Source: Dehalococcoidia bacterium (GTDB taxonomy: Bacteria; Chloroflexota; Dehalococcoidia; Lucifugimonadales; UBA3495). Taken from it: 64,000 nt of DNA. Shown piece after piece: positions 1 to 8,760 of this stretch; positions within the stretch are counted from its first letter, which is position 1, and every line of letters starts with the position of its first letter. The notes under the pieces were generated by a model. The model was not told the origin of the DNA, searched no databases, and saw only the letters and a program-made list of their open reading frames with translations. The DNA lies in contig CAXXKY010000006.1 in the NCBI GenBank assembly GCA_963667325.2, forward strand, positions 49,666 through 113,665, written 5' to 3'. The position numbers were made by a program, and so were the translations under genes.

Positions 1-707
1 GCCATGTCGGCCAGGGGGAAGTCGGTGCCGAAGCAGACCTTCTCCGCGCCGTGGCGGCTGACGATGCCCGCCAGCGTCTCGCTGCCCAGCTCCTTCAGCG
101 CCGGCGGCCAGGTGGTGTCGATCAGCACGTTCTCGCGCCCGATGAGCTCCCGCTCCGCCTCGTCCAGCATGTAGAAGCCGCCAAGGTGCAGAGCGATTAG
201 CTTGAGCTTGGGGAACTGCCGGACGACGTTCATGATCCGCGCCGGGTCGGCCCACACCGTGTCGCCCGGCTGGGTGTGCGCCCAGCGTCCCGAGTGGATT
301 TCGACGACCATGTCGTCGCCCATCTCCTCGTAGAAGGTGAACATGCGCGGGTCGTCGGGATAGTAGCTGTTGACCATCGGGTGCAGCTTGAACCCCTTGA
401 TGCCCGCCTCCCGCATCCGGCGCACCTCATCCGCCTTGTCCTCCAGGTCGGGGTGCATGGCCCCGAAGGGCACCAGCATGTCGTCCTGGATGCTGATGAG
501 CCAGTCGTTGGCGCCCTGCAGGTGGTCCAACCGCTCCACGACGCCCAGCACCACCGACTTGTCGACGCCGGAGGAGCGCATGTGCTCCTTGATCCCGTCG
601 ACAGTGTTGATGCCCACCGCCGGGTAGCCGAAGGTGTTGGTCATGTTCTCCAGCACCGCCGGGGCGATACGGTCGGGCCAGATGTGGGTGTGGACGTCGA
701 TGCGCAT
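1..707 (-). CDS. Amidohydrolase-family metal-dependent hydrolase (TIM barrel); 3-prime end runs off the window
   Basis: Absent from the ORF track because it has no stop inside the window. Manual minus-strand translation from ATG at 707-705 gives MRIDVHTHIWPDRIAPAVLENM...GFKLHPMV...VVEIHSG...IALHLGG...VCFGTDFPLADM. This shows the H-x-H metal motif and later His/Asp positions typical of amidohydrolase_2 enzymes. Open for about 235 codons. Confidence 0.7.
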   Translation of the reverse strand, partial: MRIDVHTHIWPDRIAPAVLENMTNTFGYPAVGINTVDGIKEHMRSSGVDKSVVLGVVERLDHLQGANDWLISIQDDMLVPFGAMHPDLEDKADEVRRMREAGIKGFKLHPMVNSYYPDDPRMFTFYEEMGDDMVVEIHSGRWAHTQPGDTVWADPARIMNVVRQFPKLKLIALHLGGFYMLDEAERELIGRENVLIDTTWPPALKELGSETLAGIVSRHGAEKVCFGTDFPLADM

Positions 708-720
708 GGACGCTACCTCG

Positions 721-839
721 CTGCAATGGGTTGGACCGCCGGGGATACCATTCTCTCCCACCGCAAATTGTGTTGGACCGCCGGGGATGCCGTTCTATCC
801 CGCTGCAATAGGCTGGACCGCCGGAATGACGCTCTAGCC
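721..839. repeat. Three tandem copies of a ~41-bp unit (core TTGGACCGCCGGGGATRCCRTTCTMTCCC)
   Basis: Direct reading: copies at about 721-761, 762-802 and 803-839 (third copy degenerate). They lie between the stop of the LLM gene and the start of the amidohydrolase gene. Confidence 0.8.
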
Positions 840-1676
840 TAGCACTGACTCCGCCAGCCGCTCCATGGCTGCTATGGCCTCGTCACCGGGAACGCCGCCG
901 AGGCCCGCGATGGCCATATCGGCGCCGGCGTCCTCCATCTGACGGATGGTATCCTTGTCACCCACGCCATAAACGCAGATCTGAATGCTCTTCGGGTCGC
1001 GTTCCGACGACTCTGCCAGCTCGTCCAGCGTGGCCCGTGCGGCCTCGACTTCCTGGGGTGTGACTCGCACCGGCATCCAGCCGTCGCCGTAGGCCACCAC
1101 GCGGCGGAAGACGTTCCTGGCGTTGCCGCCCAGGAACACGGGAGGGTGCGGCTTCTGCGCCGGCTTGGGGAACACCTTGATGGCCGGAAAGTCGTAGTAG
1201 CGCCCGTGATGCTCGGCTTCGTCCTTGGTCCACAGCTCCTTCATCACCTCGATGGACTCCCGGGTCTGCGTCCAGCGGTGGTCGAAGTCGCCGCCCATTA
1301 TCTCGGTCTCTTCCCGGAGCCAGCCCGCGCCGATTCCGAAGATGAACCGCCCGCCCGAGTGATGGTCAAGGGCGGCAATCTGCTTGGCCTGAACCAGCGG
1401 GCTGTGCTCGGGAACCAGGCATATCGACGTGCCCAGCCTTATGCGTGTCGTGGTGGCAGAGGCCATGGCCAGGCCTATGAAGGGGTCGCCCATGTCCGCC
1501 ATGAAGGGCGGTATTGAGCCGTCGGGCGTTCCGCCATACTTTGAAGTCGTTTGAACCGGGATGACAGGATGCTCAGGCAGCCAGAAGGAGTCGAAGCCAA
1601 CTTCCTCAGCCTTCCTCGCCAGATCCGACACGTTCGTTGAGTTGCTGTTGAAAACGGTGCTCACGCCAACCTTCAT
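834..1676 (-). CDS. LLM-class F420/flavin-dependent oxidoreductase (luciferase-like)
   Basis: 280-aa ORF. VGFDSFWLPEHP, GTSICLVPEHSPL, GGRFIFGIGAGW and PHPPVFLGG are typical luciferase-like monooxygenase family segments. Confidence 0.8.
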   Translation of the reverse strand: MKVGVSTVFNSNSTNVSDLARKAEEVGFDSFWLPEHPVIPVQTTSKYGGTPDGSIPPFMADMGDPFIGLAMASATTTRIRLGTSICLVPEHSPLVQAKQIAALDHHSGGRFIFGIGAGWLREETEIMGGDFDHRWTQTRESIEVMKELWTKDEAEHHGRYYDFPAIKVFPKPAQKPHPPVFLGGNARNVFRRVVAYGDGWMPVRVTPQEVEAARATLDELAESSERDPKSIQICVYGVGDKDTIRQMEDAGADMAIAGLGGVPGDEAIAAMERLAESVLG

Positions 1677-1816
1677 AGCCGTCCTCCACCTTCAGTTGCT
1701 GATTGGTGCCGTTGGCCGTGATAGTATCATAAGTACAGGGTGGAAGGCGGGAGAGGGTAATGTTCCTCTCAATCCTGAGTCGTGTATCGCAGGAGACTGT
1801 GCAGGTCCGTTTTGAC

Positions 1817-2419
1817 ATGAGTCCGATAGAAGCAATAATTTCGGTCTTTCGAAACTTCATCAATTTCAGCGGAAGGGCCGGCAGACCGGAGTTCTGGTGG
1901 TTCACGCTGTTTGCCGTTGTTTCCACGGCGCTGTTGATATTCGTACCGTTCATCGGCTGGATTTATGTCCTGATCCTGCTCCTTCCCAACCTCGCGGTAA
2001 CGGTGAGACGCCTGCACGACAGGGACCAGTCCGGCTGGTGGGCAATAGCGTCGTTTTTTCCGGTCGTCAACTGGATCCTGCTGATCTATCTCGCTTTTCC
2101 GGGCACCCCGGGGCCCAACAGCCACGGCCCGGAACCCTGGCAGCAGTGGGGTTCGCCGGACCAGGAACCCTCTCAGGCTCCTCAGCGACCGCTGTACCAG
2201 CCAACTACTCCACCCTCCGGCAGCGGTACTGAACCGGAGACCAACGCTGCTCCTCCGGGCCACGGTGGCGCCCTTCCGCCGACCGTGTCTCCTCCTGCAG
2301 ACTGGGGCGCAACCCCGGGGGATCTCCCGGCAGCAGAATCGCGCAGGTTCTGCACCCAGTGTGGAATGCAGTTGCAGGATGACGCCCGCTTCTGCGCTCA
2401 TTGCGGCACAGCCGCGTGA
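1817..2419 (+). CDS. DUF805-family membrane protein with Pro/Gln/Ser-rich linker and C-terminal zinc-ribbon
   Basis: ORF 1760-2419; start trimmed to ATG 1817 by alignment with the two paralogues. Contains FSGRAGRPEFWWF and VTVRRLHDRDQSGWW (DUF805 signature). C-terminus is FCTQCGMQLQDDARFCAHCG (CxxC-N10-CxxC). Confidence 0.75.
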   Translation: MSPIEAIISVFRNFINFSGRAGRPEFWWFTLFAVVSTALLIFVPFIGWIYVLILLLPNLAVTVRRLHDRDQSGWWAIASFFPVVNWILLIYLAFPGTPGPNSHGPEPWQQWGSPDQEPSQAPQRPLYQPTTPPSGSGTEPETNAAPPGHGGALPPTVSPPADWGATPGDLPAAESRRFCTQCGMQLQDDARFCAHCGTAA

Positions 2420-2464
2420 TTACTCTTAAGTCTTTTTGATATTCACTGGAAAAGGTCAATTGCC

Positions 2465-3001
2465 GTGAGCTTCACAGATTCGATCAAGATCTGCCTGCAA
2501 AAGTACATAGACTTCAACGGACGGGCGGCCCGGCCGGAATACTGGTGGTTCGTACTGCTTACCATCGTTCTGGGGTTCATCCCAGTCATCGGCTGGCTTA
2601 TAAGACTAGTCCTTCTTCTGCCCTCCCTTTCGGTACAGGTCCGGCGTCTGCACGACATGAACCGCTCTGCCTGGTGGCTGCTGCTATTGCTGCCGGTGCC
2701 ACCCATCATCATTATTGGCGGGCCAGTGCTGCTGGTAATGTCCGCGTTTCGCGGAACGCCGGGTCCCAATCGCTACGGCCCCGATCCCCAGCAACCGCAG
2801 CCGGGTATAGGGGGCGCCAGCTACTATCAGGATCCAGGCTATCCCCAATCTTCACCCTCATACGAAAGCTACAGCGATTCACCGTATGACACCCCCTCGA
2901 TGGATTCGGAGGCGAGCGGACGGCAGTTCTGCACCCAGTGCGGCATGCAATTGGAGCAGGGAGCCCGGTTCTGCACTGTCTGCGGAGCAACTGTGGAGTA
3001 G
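2465..3001 (+). CDS. DUF805-family membrane protein with low-complexity linker and C-terminal zinc-ribbon (paralogue 2)
   Basis: 178-aa ORF with FNGRAARPEYWWF, VQVRRLHDMNRSAWW and FCTQCGMQLEQGARFCTVCG. Confidence 0.75.
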   Translation: MSFTDSIKICLQKYIDFNGRAARPEYWWFVLLTIVLGFIPVIGWLIRLVLLLPSLSVQVRRLHDMNRSAWWLLLLLPVPPIIIIGGPVLLVMSAFRGTPGPNRYGPDPQQPQPGIGGASYYQDPGYPQSSPSYESYSDSPYDTPSMDSEASGRQFCTQCGMQLEQGARFCTVCGATVE

Positions 3002-3037
3002 CCCCACTTGTCTTCCAGCGGTAGCGGGCGAGCGGCG

Positions 3038-3478
3038 ATGAATCCAATCCGTGCGATCATTTCCGGCTTTCGCAATTACGCCAACTTCGAAGGCAGGGCC
3101 AGTAGGTCGGAATACTGGTGGTTTTACGGGTTCTTTGTGTCCCTGCTGATCGGGATATTCGTGGTCAGCATCGTCTGGCAAGCTGCACTATTCACCCTGT
3201 GGGGCATTTACTTCGCCGGTATGCTGCTCCCCCTTATGGCCGTAACCGTACGCAGGCTGCATGACGTTGACCGCCCAGGCACTTGGGCAATCCTGGGCAT
3301 CATTCCTTTCGCCGGCCTGCGCCTGACCAGGATTCTGGTGCGGCCCGGCACTGCGGGTCCAAACCAGTACGGGCCAGATCCGCTGCGGCCCTCCCCGGAA
3401 CCCCGCTGCCCGAAATGCGGCTGGCTGTGGTGGCCCGAGGCCCAGTTCTGTGCCGACTGCGGGGCCTCCTCCCGCTAG
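3038..3478 (+). CDS. DUF805-family membrane protein with C-terminal zinc-ribbon (paralogue 3, short linker)
   Basis: ORF 3008-3478; ATG 3038 aligns with the paralogue N-termini (MNPIRAIISGFRNYANFEGRASRSEYWWF). Also has VTVRRLHDVDRPGTW and CPKCGWLWWPEAQFCADCG. Confidence 0.7.
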   Translation: MNPIRAIISGFRNYANFEGRASRSEYWWFYGFFVSLLIGIFVVSIVWQAALFTLWGIYFAGMLLPLMAVTVRRLHDVDRPGTWAILGIIPFAGLRLTRILVRPGTAGPNQYGPDPLRPSPEPRCPKCGWLWWPEAQFCADCGASSR

Positions 3479-3564
3479 CCTGGGCCGGGGCATGATTTCC
3501 CAACACGGGTGGCAAGCCCCTATAATCACATCCGAAAAATTCATCCCCAAGAAGAGGTACCGTC

Positions 3565-4197
3565 TTGAAAGTCGATCCCAATACCTTCGAGAACTTCTAC
3601 CGCGTCCTGACAGGCGTGGTGGTGCCGCGCCCCATCGCCTTCGTCTCCACCCGGTCCACCGATGGGCAGTACAACCTCGCGCCTTACTCCTTCTTCAACG
3701 CGGTCTGCCCCGACCCGCCCACGGTGGTCTTCGGCTCCGCGCGCCGCGTCGATCACAAGGGCAAGGACACCCTCCGCAACGTGGAAGAGACCGGTGAATT
3801 CGTGGTCAACATCGTGGTGGACGACATCGCCGCTGCAATGAACAGCACCTCCGCCGAATTCCCCGAGGACGTGGACGAATTCGAGATTGCCGGCCTGACG
3901 CCTGTGGCCTCCGAAATAGTGAAGGCTCCACGAGTGGCCGAGTCGCCGGTCAACATGGAGTGCCGTCTGAACCAGGTGATCAACCTGGGCGATGAACAGA
4001 CCGGCCACGGCCTGGTCATCGGCACCATCGTGATGATGCACGTCCGCGACGACATCATCGACGGTCACCGCATCAACCACCACCTGATGAAGCCCACGGG
4101 CCGCCTGGCCGGCAGCATGTACTGCCACACCGCCGACACCTTCGACCTGGTGCGCCCGGTCTACGATCCCGCGCAGTCGATGGCGGCCAACCGCTAG
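3565..4197 (+). CDS. Flavin reductase-like FMN-binding protein
   Basis: 210-aa ORF (TTG start). FYRVLTGVVVPRPIAFVSTRSTDGQYNLAPYSFFNAV is the classic flavin reductase domain N-terminus. Confidence 0.8.
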   Translation: MKVDPNTFENFYRVLTGVVVPRPIAFVSTRSTDGQYNLAPYSFFNAVCPDPPTVVFGSARRVDHKGKDTLRNVEETGEFVVNIVVDDIAAAMNSTSAEFPEDVDEFEIAGLTPVASEIVKAPRVAESPVNMECRLNQVINLGDEQTGHGLVIGTIVMMHVRDDIIDGHRINHHLMKPTGRLAGSMYCHTADTFDLVRPVYDPAQSMAANR

Positions 4198-4270
4198 GCC
4201 AATCCGCCGCCTCTCCACGAGGGCAAAGCGGAGTTTCGCCCGCGTATCGCTCCCGTTCTGTTCAATGAAA

Positions 4271-4297
4271 GAAGGGCAGGTCTCAGACCTGCCCTTC
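4271..4297. terminator. Perfect 11-bp stem hairpin between convergent genes (bidirectional terminator candidate)
   Basis: GAAGGGCAGGT-ctcag-ACCTGCCCTTC. The minus-strand tail is TTTCATT; the plus-strand tail is weakly T-rich. Confidence 0.5.
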
Positions 4298-4342
4298 GCT
4301 TGCTTGCCGGTTGCCTGCTCTTTGCAGAGAGGCCGCGCTTCC

Positions 4343-5404
4343 CTAGACCAACACCGGAGCGTCGTTCTTCTGGTAGACCTGGAAGCGATGGCGGGTGGTG
4401 TCGGCGATTACGACACGGCCGCTGTCGTCGACCTTCACAGCCACGGGAGCCCAGAGGACCTTCTCGGGGGTGAAGTCGCGGACGCCGTTGCGCTGGCGGA
4501 TCATATCCGGGTTGGACTCGATCTTCTGCTCGCCGAGCTTGGACAATGCTGCGTCGCCGGTGAACTCGGTGATGAACCGGCCCTCGGGGGTCAGCACCTG
4601 CACCCGGTTGTTCAGCCAGTCGGCCACGTAGACGTCGCCGTCCTTGTCCACGGACACGCCGGTCGGGCGGTTGAAGAGGCCCACCGGCTGGCTCACCAGG
4701 CGGATGCCGCCATGCTCGCGGGCGATGGAAGCGTCGCCGCCGGTGCCCGGCTGTCCGAAGCTGGCCAGCCACTGGCCGTCGTTGGTGAAGGACTGGACGC
4801 GGTCGTTACGCCAGTCGGCAATGAAAATGTTGCCTTCCCTATCCAGGCCGATGCCCCAGGGAGTGTTGAACTCTCCGGGCCCAGTGCCTGCGCTGCCGAA
4901 CTGGGAGACGTACTTGCCGTCCAGGGTGAACTTCTGCACCCGATTGTTGCGGCTGTCCACCACGATCAGCACGTCGTCGTGAATGGCCAGGCCAGCAGGG
5001 CGGTCCAACTCGCCATCGCCGGAGCCATGGGTGCCCCAGTGGCTGACGTAGTTGCCGTCCTTGTCGAAGACGGTGATGCGGTGCAGATATTCGTCGGACA
5101 CGTAAACGTTGGTGTCCTTGTCCAAGGCGATGGACATGGGCCAAATGAACTGGCCGGGGCCCTCGCCATAGCCGCCGAACTCGGTCACGTAGTGCTCGGT
5201 GCCGTCTTCATCCAGCACGAACAGGTTGATGCGGGTGCCGTCGGCACGGGACTCGTAGGAACGGTTCACGACGTAGATAGAGTTGTCGGGACCGAAAGCG
5301 AAATCCATGGGATTCCGGAACCCGGTGCCCTGGAACTCGGACCGACCGGCGACCCACTTGTACGTGAACGTCCGGTCATTGATGCCGAGAAATACACTTG
5401 CCAC
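4343..5404 (-). CDS. NHL-repeat beta-propeller protein
   Basis: 353-aa ORF with GTG start and AAGGAGG 7 nt upstream. Repeated units of the form DGxxYVxDxxNxRVQxFxxDGxxxxxFG occur at least 4 times. Confidence 0.75.
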   Translation of the reverse strand: MASVFLGINDRTFTYKWVAGRSEFQGTGFRNPMDFAFGPDNSIYVVNRSYESRADGTRINLFVLDEDGTEHYVTEFGGYGEGPGQFIWPMSIALDKDTNVYVSDEYLHRITVFDKDGNYVSHWGTHGSGDGELDRPAGLAIHDDVLIVVDSRNNRVQKFTLDGKYVSQFGSAGTGPGEFNTPWGIGLDREGNIFIADWRNDRVQSFTNDGQWLASFGQPGTGGDASIAREHGGIRLVSQPVGLFNRPTGVSVDKDGDVYVADWLNNRVQVLTPEGRFITEFTGDAALSKLGEQKIESNPDMIRQRNGVRDFTPEKVLWAPVAVKVDDSGRVVIADTTRHRFQVYQKNDAPVLV

Positions 5405-5471
5405 GGCTTGCCTCCTTGTTGTTTCGGTTGCGGGGCGTCAACCCCGCGACGGACAGCAAATACCCGGTGCT

Positions 5472-5690
5472 TTAGATGTCGGTGGCTACGCGGGTAATCA
5501 CCTGCTGCGCGAGGGAACTGATCGCGTTGACCAGCCATTCCATCAGGGAGGCGATGACGCCCCTGACGGCGTCCACTGCGCCGGTTACCACTGACCTGAT
5601 GGCGGACACCACAGCTCTGATAATGCCCAGAACGAACTGGATGATGCCGCCGCCTTCTTCAGCCTGGGTATCGTTGATCTCTTCTGCCAT
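5472..5690 (-). CDS. Small hypothetical protein (72 aa), acidic N-terminus followed by long amphipathic/hydrophobic helix
   Basis: The ORF is co-oriented between the DUF1501 and NHL genes. Sequence is MAEEINDTQAEEGGGIIQFVLGIIRAVVSAIRSVVTGAVDAVRGVIASLMEWLVNAISSLAQQVITRVATDI. RBS is weak; no recognisable family. Confidence 0.35.
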   Translation of the reverse strand: MAEEINDTQAEEGGGIIQFVLGIIRAVVSAIRSVVTGAVDAVRGVIASLMEWLVNAISSLAQQVITRVATDI

Positions 5691-5793
5691 ATTCGGAACT
5701 CTCTTTTTTATCCGGCCGGAACGCAGACGCTAATGCCGCGTCCCGGCGCATCTACCGTTAATCCGTCGGGGCCTCTCGGGCCCGACCGACGGC

Positions 5794-6930
5794 CTAGATG
5801 AAGTCGTGCTTCTCCCAGGCGCTGCCGATGATGGGCTTGGAGTCGACGCCCATCCAGTTCTCCAGAAGGGTGGCGTAGGTGGAGCGGAAGTCGTTGTTGT
5901 GCAGCAGGTTGCCGCCGTCTTCCAGGTCGCCGGGCTCCAGGGACGGGTACTCGCCGTACAGGCCGCCCTTGACGTTCTCGCCGATGACGAAGGCCACGCC
6001 GCCGGTGCCGTGGTCGGTGCCGGAGCCGTTGTCCATGGCGCGGCGGCCGAACTCGGAGTAGAGCAGCGTTACGACGTTGTCGCCAATGTCATGGTGGCGC
6101 AGGTCAGCCATGAAGGAGTCAACGTTGCGAGCAACGTCGTTCAGCAGGTTGGACTGACCGACTGCCTGGTTGGCGTGGGTGTCGAAGATGTTGTAGGGGG
6201 CCGTGGTGAAGAACACGCGGGTGCCCAGGTTGGCGTTGTGCACCTGCACCATGTCGCGCATGTATCCGCCGATGTTGCCCAGCAGGTACTCTTCCTCGCC
6301 GCGATACATGCCCGGGGCGGTGCCCAGGATGTCGGCGCCCATCATGGCTTCAACACCGGTGCTGCGGATGAAGTCTTCCACCGCGCCGCGTCCGATGGCC
6401 GGGCCGTACATCCGGCCGAAGAGGTCGAGCGCCTCGTTACGCTGTTCCTCGCGCTCCAGCTCGGTCAGCAGGCCGTAGCTGTTCAGGTCGCCGACGGAGG
6501 CAACAGGAACGCCCTCCATGGCCAGCGCGCGGGGCAGGCCGCGGCCGAAGTTCACGCCGGTCAGCACGTTTTCCTTGTTGGGGTCGAGTTCCTTGACCAG
6601 GCGGCCCAGCCAGCCTTCCACGCCCAGCTCAACGGGCTCACAGGTGGCCCAGATATCCATGGAGCGGAAGTGCGAGAGGCTGCCGTTGGGGTAGCCGATG
6701 CCCTGGATGATGGCCAGCTTGCCCTCGTCCCAGTATTTCTTGAGAGGAGCCATGGACGGGTGCAGGCCCAGGGTGTCGTTCAGGGGGACGATCATCTCTT
6801 CGGGGATGCCCAGGGTCGGGCGGTAGTCCCTGTAGCGCGGGTTGCTGTAGGGGATCACCGTGTTCATTCCGTCGTTACCGCCGGAGAGGGAAACTACAGC
6901 CAGGACCGGATCCTTGCTGGTGGATACCAT
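5794..6930 (-). CDS. DUF1501-family (sulfatase-like) protein
   Basis: 378-aa ORF with GGAGGA RBS. SLSGGNDGMNTVIPY, GIGYPNGSLSHFRSMDIW and GTDHGTGG match DUF1501 hallmarks. Confidence 0.85.
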   Translation of the reverse strand: MVSTSKDPVLAVVSLSGGNDGMNTVIPYSNPRYRDYRPTLGIPEEMIVPLNDTLGLHPSMAPLKKYWDEGKLAIIQGIGYPNGSLSHFRSMDIWATCEPVELGVEGWLGRLVKELDPNKENVLTGVNFGRGLPRALAMEGVPVASVGDLNSYGLLTELEREEQRNEALDLFGRMYGPAIGRGAVEDFIRSTGVEAMMGADILGTAPGMYRGEEEYLLGNIGGYMRDMVQVHNANLGTRVFFTTAPYNIFDTHANQAVGQSNLLNDVARNVDSFMADLRHHDIGDNVVTLLYSEFGRRAMDNGSGTDHGTGGVAFVIGENVKGGLYGEYPSLEPGDLEDGGNLLHNNDFRSTYATLLENWMGVDSKPIIGSAWEKHDFI

Positions 6931-7030
6931 CGCTAATCCTCCGTTTTGATTGTCTGTGTTGTTGGATTTGGCGGGCTGAGGGAGTGAATCAATTATCTCG
7001 CGATTCGCTCCCCCTCCCTGCTTCGGCGGC

Positions 7031-8470
7031 CTAGCCGAACTGGAATTCCGAGGTGGTGGCGATCATCTGGAAGGTCTCGCCAACACGGCGGGCGAAGTCG
7101 GTCTTCTCGCCTTCGGATCCGTGCCGGAGCTCGCCACCCTGGGCAACGTGTCCAACCAGCTCGGTGCGAGTCTCGTCGGAAATGGTCAGCGGACCGACCA
7201 GGTCCAGGCAGCCATCAACCAGCTGCTCGGCGGTCAGGGTCTCGCCCTGATCCATCAGGCGGTTGACCATTGACTGCACTCCGGGCAGGGTGGTGTCGCC
7301 GAGGATCTTCGAGGCGAAGTTGATGCGGTCGATCAGCGAGCCGCTGTTGATCCACTCGCGGCCCATGTGCCAGCCCTCGACCGTGGGCGGGTTCAGCAGG
7401 TCCATGCCCATGTACTTCGGCTCCATGGCGACGAAGAACAGGCCGGGCTTGGGCTCGGTGTGGTCCTGCGCCATGCGCATGGTGCCGATGACCACGTCGG
7501 CGGGGCTCTTCACCTTCGCGTAGCGGACCGCTTCGCTCTTGAAGAAGTCGCTGGTGAACAGCACCCGCAGCATCGCCTCGATCTCGTAGCCGGAGTCGAA
7601 GTAAGCCTTCTCCAGCTGCTTGATAGCGTCCATGTCGCGGGGTTCCGCCAAGCGCCAGGACGGGACCGGGGGCTCGTCGGCGACAAAGAAGTCATACAGC
7701 TTGCGGGCCACGAACCTGGCGGCGCCGGGCTGCTTGCAGATGATCTCCACGATATCGTCGCCGTTCCAGTTGCCCGTCTCGCCCAGGAAGGTCTTTTCGC
7801 TGTAGTCGTGGTCCGCCGGGTCGAAGCGGAACTCGAAGGGGGTGCGGCCGTAGGGGAACACCGGGATCGTCGGGGCCAGGTTCCAGCCGGTGAAGGCGCG
7901 GGCACAGGCCTTGACGTCATCCTCGGTGTAGTTGAACTCGTTGTCCATGCCGACGCCCAGGGAGAACAGCTCCAGCAGCTCACGGCCGTAGTTCTCGTTG
8001 ACCGCCGTCTTGTGGCTCTCGATGTTGTCCAGATAGTACAGCATCGCTGGGTCGGTGGACAGCCAGAGCAGCAGCTCCTTGAAGTTGCCCATGCCCCTGT
8101 CGCGGAAGGTGTCGTACTGCATGGAGGTGGTGCGGGCGTTGTCCACCTTGTTGTCGCCAGCGCAGAGGATGGTGTGCCAGAACAGCGCCATCTTCTCCTT
8201 GAGCTGGTGCTTGTTGTTGATCATCCGGTAGACGATCTCGGTCTGACCTGTCTCGATGGCTGCCTTGTCGAAATACGACGGGTAGGCCCGATACATCAGG
8301 TCTTCTTCGATTCCAGGATCGTCGGTGGGATTCAGCAACTCCTCAACGACGGCGTCATAGCCCTGGTGCGCTCTGGCCTCGATCTCATCGCGGCTGGCCC
8401 CGAATCCGGCCCGGCGCAACAGGTGTGCCATCAAGGCAATTTCTTCCTGGGATACTGCGTGATGCGACAT
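7031..8470 (-). CDS. DUF1800-family protein
   Basis: 479-aa ORF. HLLRRAGFGAS near the N-terminus and its position upstream of DUF1501 give the standard DUF1800/DUF1501 pair. Confidence 0.85.
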   Translation of the reverse strand: MSHHAVSQEEIALMAHLLRRAGFGASRDEIEARAHQGYDAVVEELLNPTDDPGIEEDLMYRAYPSYFDKAAIETGQTEIVYRMINNKHQLKEKMALFWHTILCAGDNKVDNARTTSMQYDTFRDRGMGNFKELLLWLSTDPAMLYYLDNIESHKTAVNENYGRELLELFSLGVGMDNEFNYTEDDVKACARAFTGWNLAPTIPVFPYGRTPFEFRFDPADHDYSEKTFLGETGNWNGDDIVEIICKQPGAARFVARKLYDFFVADEPPVPSWRLAEPRDMDAIKQLEKAYFDSGYEIEAMLRVLFTSDFFKSEAVRYAKVKSPADVVIGTMRMAQDHTEPKPGLFFVAMEPKYMGMDLLNPPTVEGWHMGREWINSGSLIDRINFASKILGDTTLPGVQSMVNRLMDQGETLTAEQLVDGCLDLVGPLTISDETRTELVGHVAQGGELRHGSEGEKTDFARRVGETFQMIATTSEFQFG

Positions 8471-8617
8471 CCATTCCTCCTTTTTCGACTTTGCTCTAGT
8501 CTTTTTCCTTCGCGGCTGTTCTAATCCCTATCTGTCGTTATTCCCTCCGGGAAACTCCATATATGTAAATACCAGACAAGCTAACCCGCGGGGTTGCTTG
8601 CCCCTTTTCGACCTATC

Positions 8618-8647
8618 CATTTAAGCCGCCGGGCTATGCGATGTCAA
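8618..8647 (-). promoter_or_regulatory. Candidate sigma70-type promoter for the DUF1800 operon
   Basis: Minus strand reads TTGACA-18 nt-TAAATG, about 150 nt upstream of the DUF1800 start. Confidence 0.35.
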
Positions 8648-8760
8648 TACTGATTCAAGAATAATAATGGAGTGTGGATAGCATTACGAAAATCGATTTT
8701 GCGCTCGGTTTGCCCTTGTCATCACCTCTGTCTGCGTCCGGGAAGCAAGGGCAGGAGTCG

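Noticed and set aside
4265-5497. 410-aa plus-strand ORF overlapping the NHL gene. Similar long ORFs lie at 5806-6936, 7367-8524, 24546-25724, 47892-49127, 56777-58720, 60881-62254 and 20161-21039.
   Set aside because: These are antisense shadow ORFs, typical of high-GC DNA. Their translations are Arg/Gly/Ala/His-rich low-complexity strings with no motifs. In each case the opposite strand encodes a protein with clear family signatures. ORF 20161-21039 also runs through two tRNA genes.
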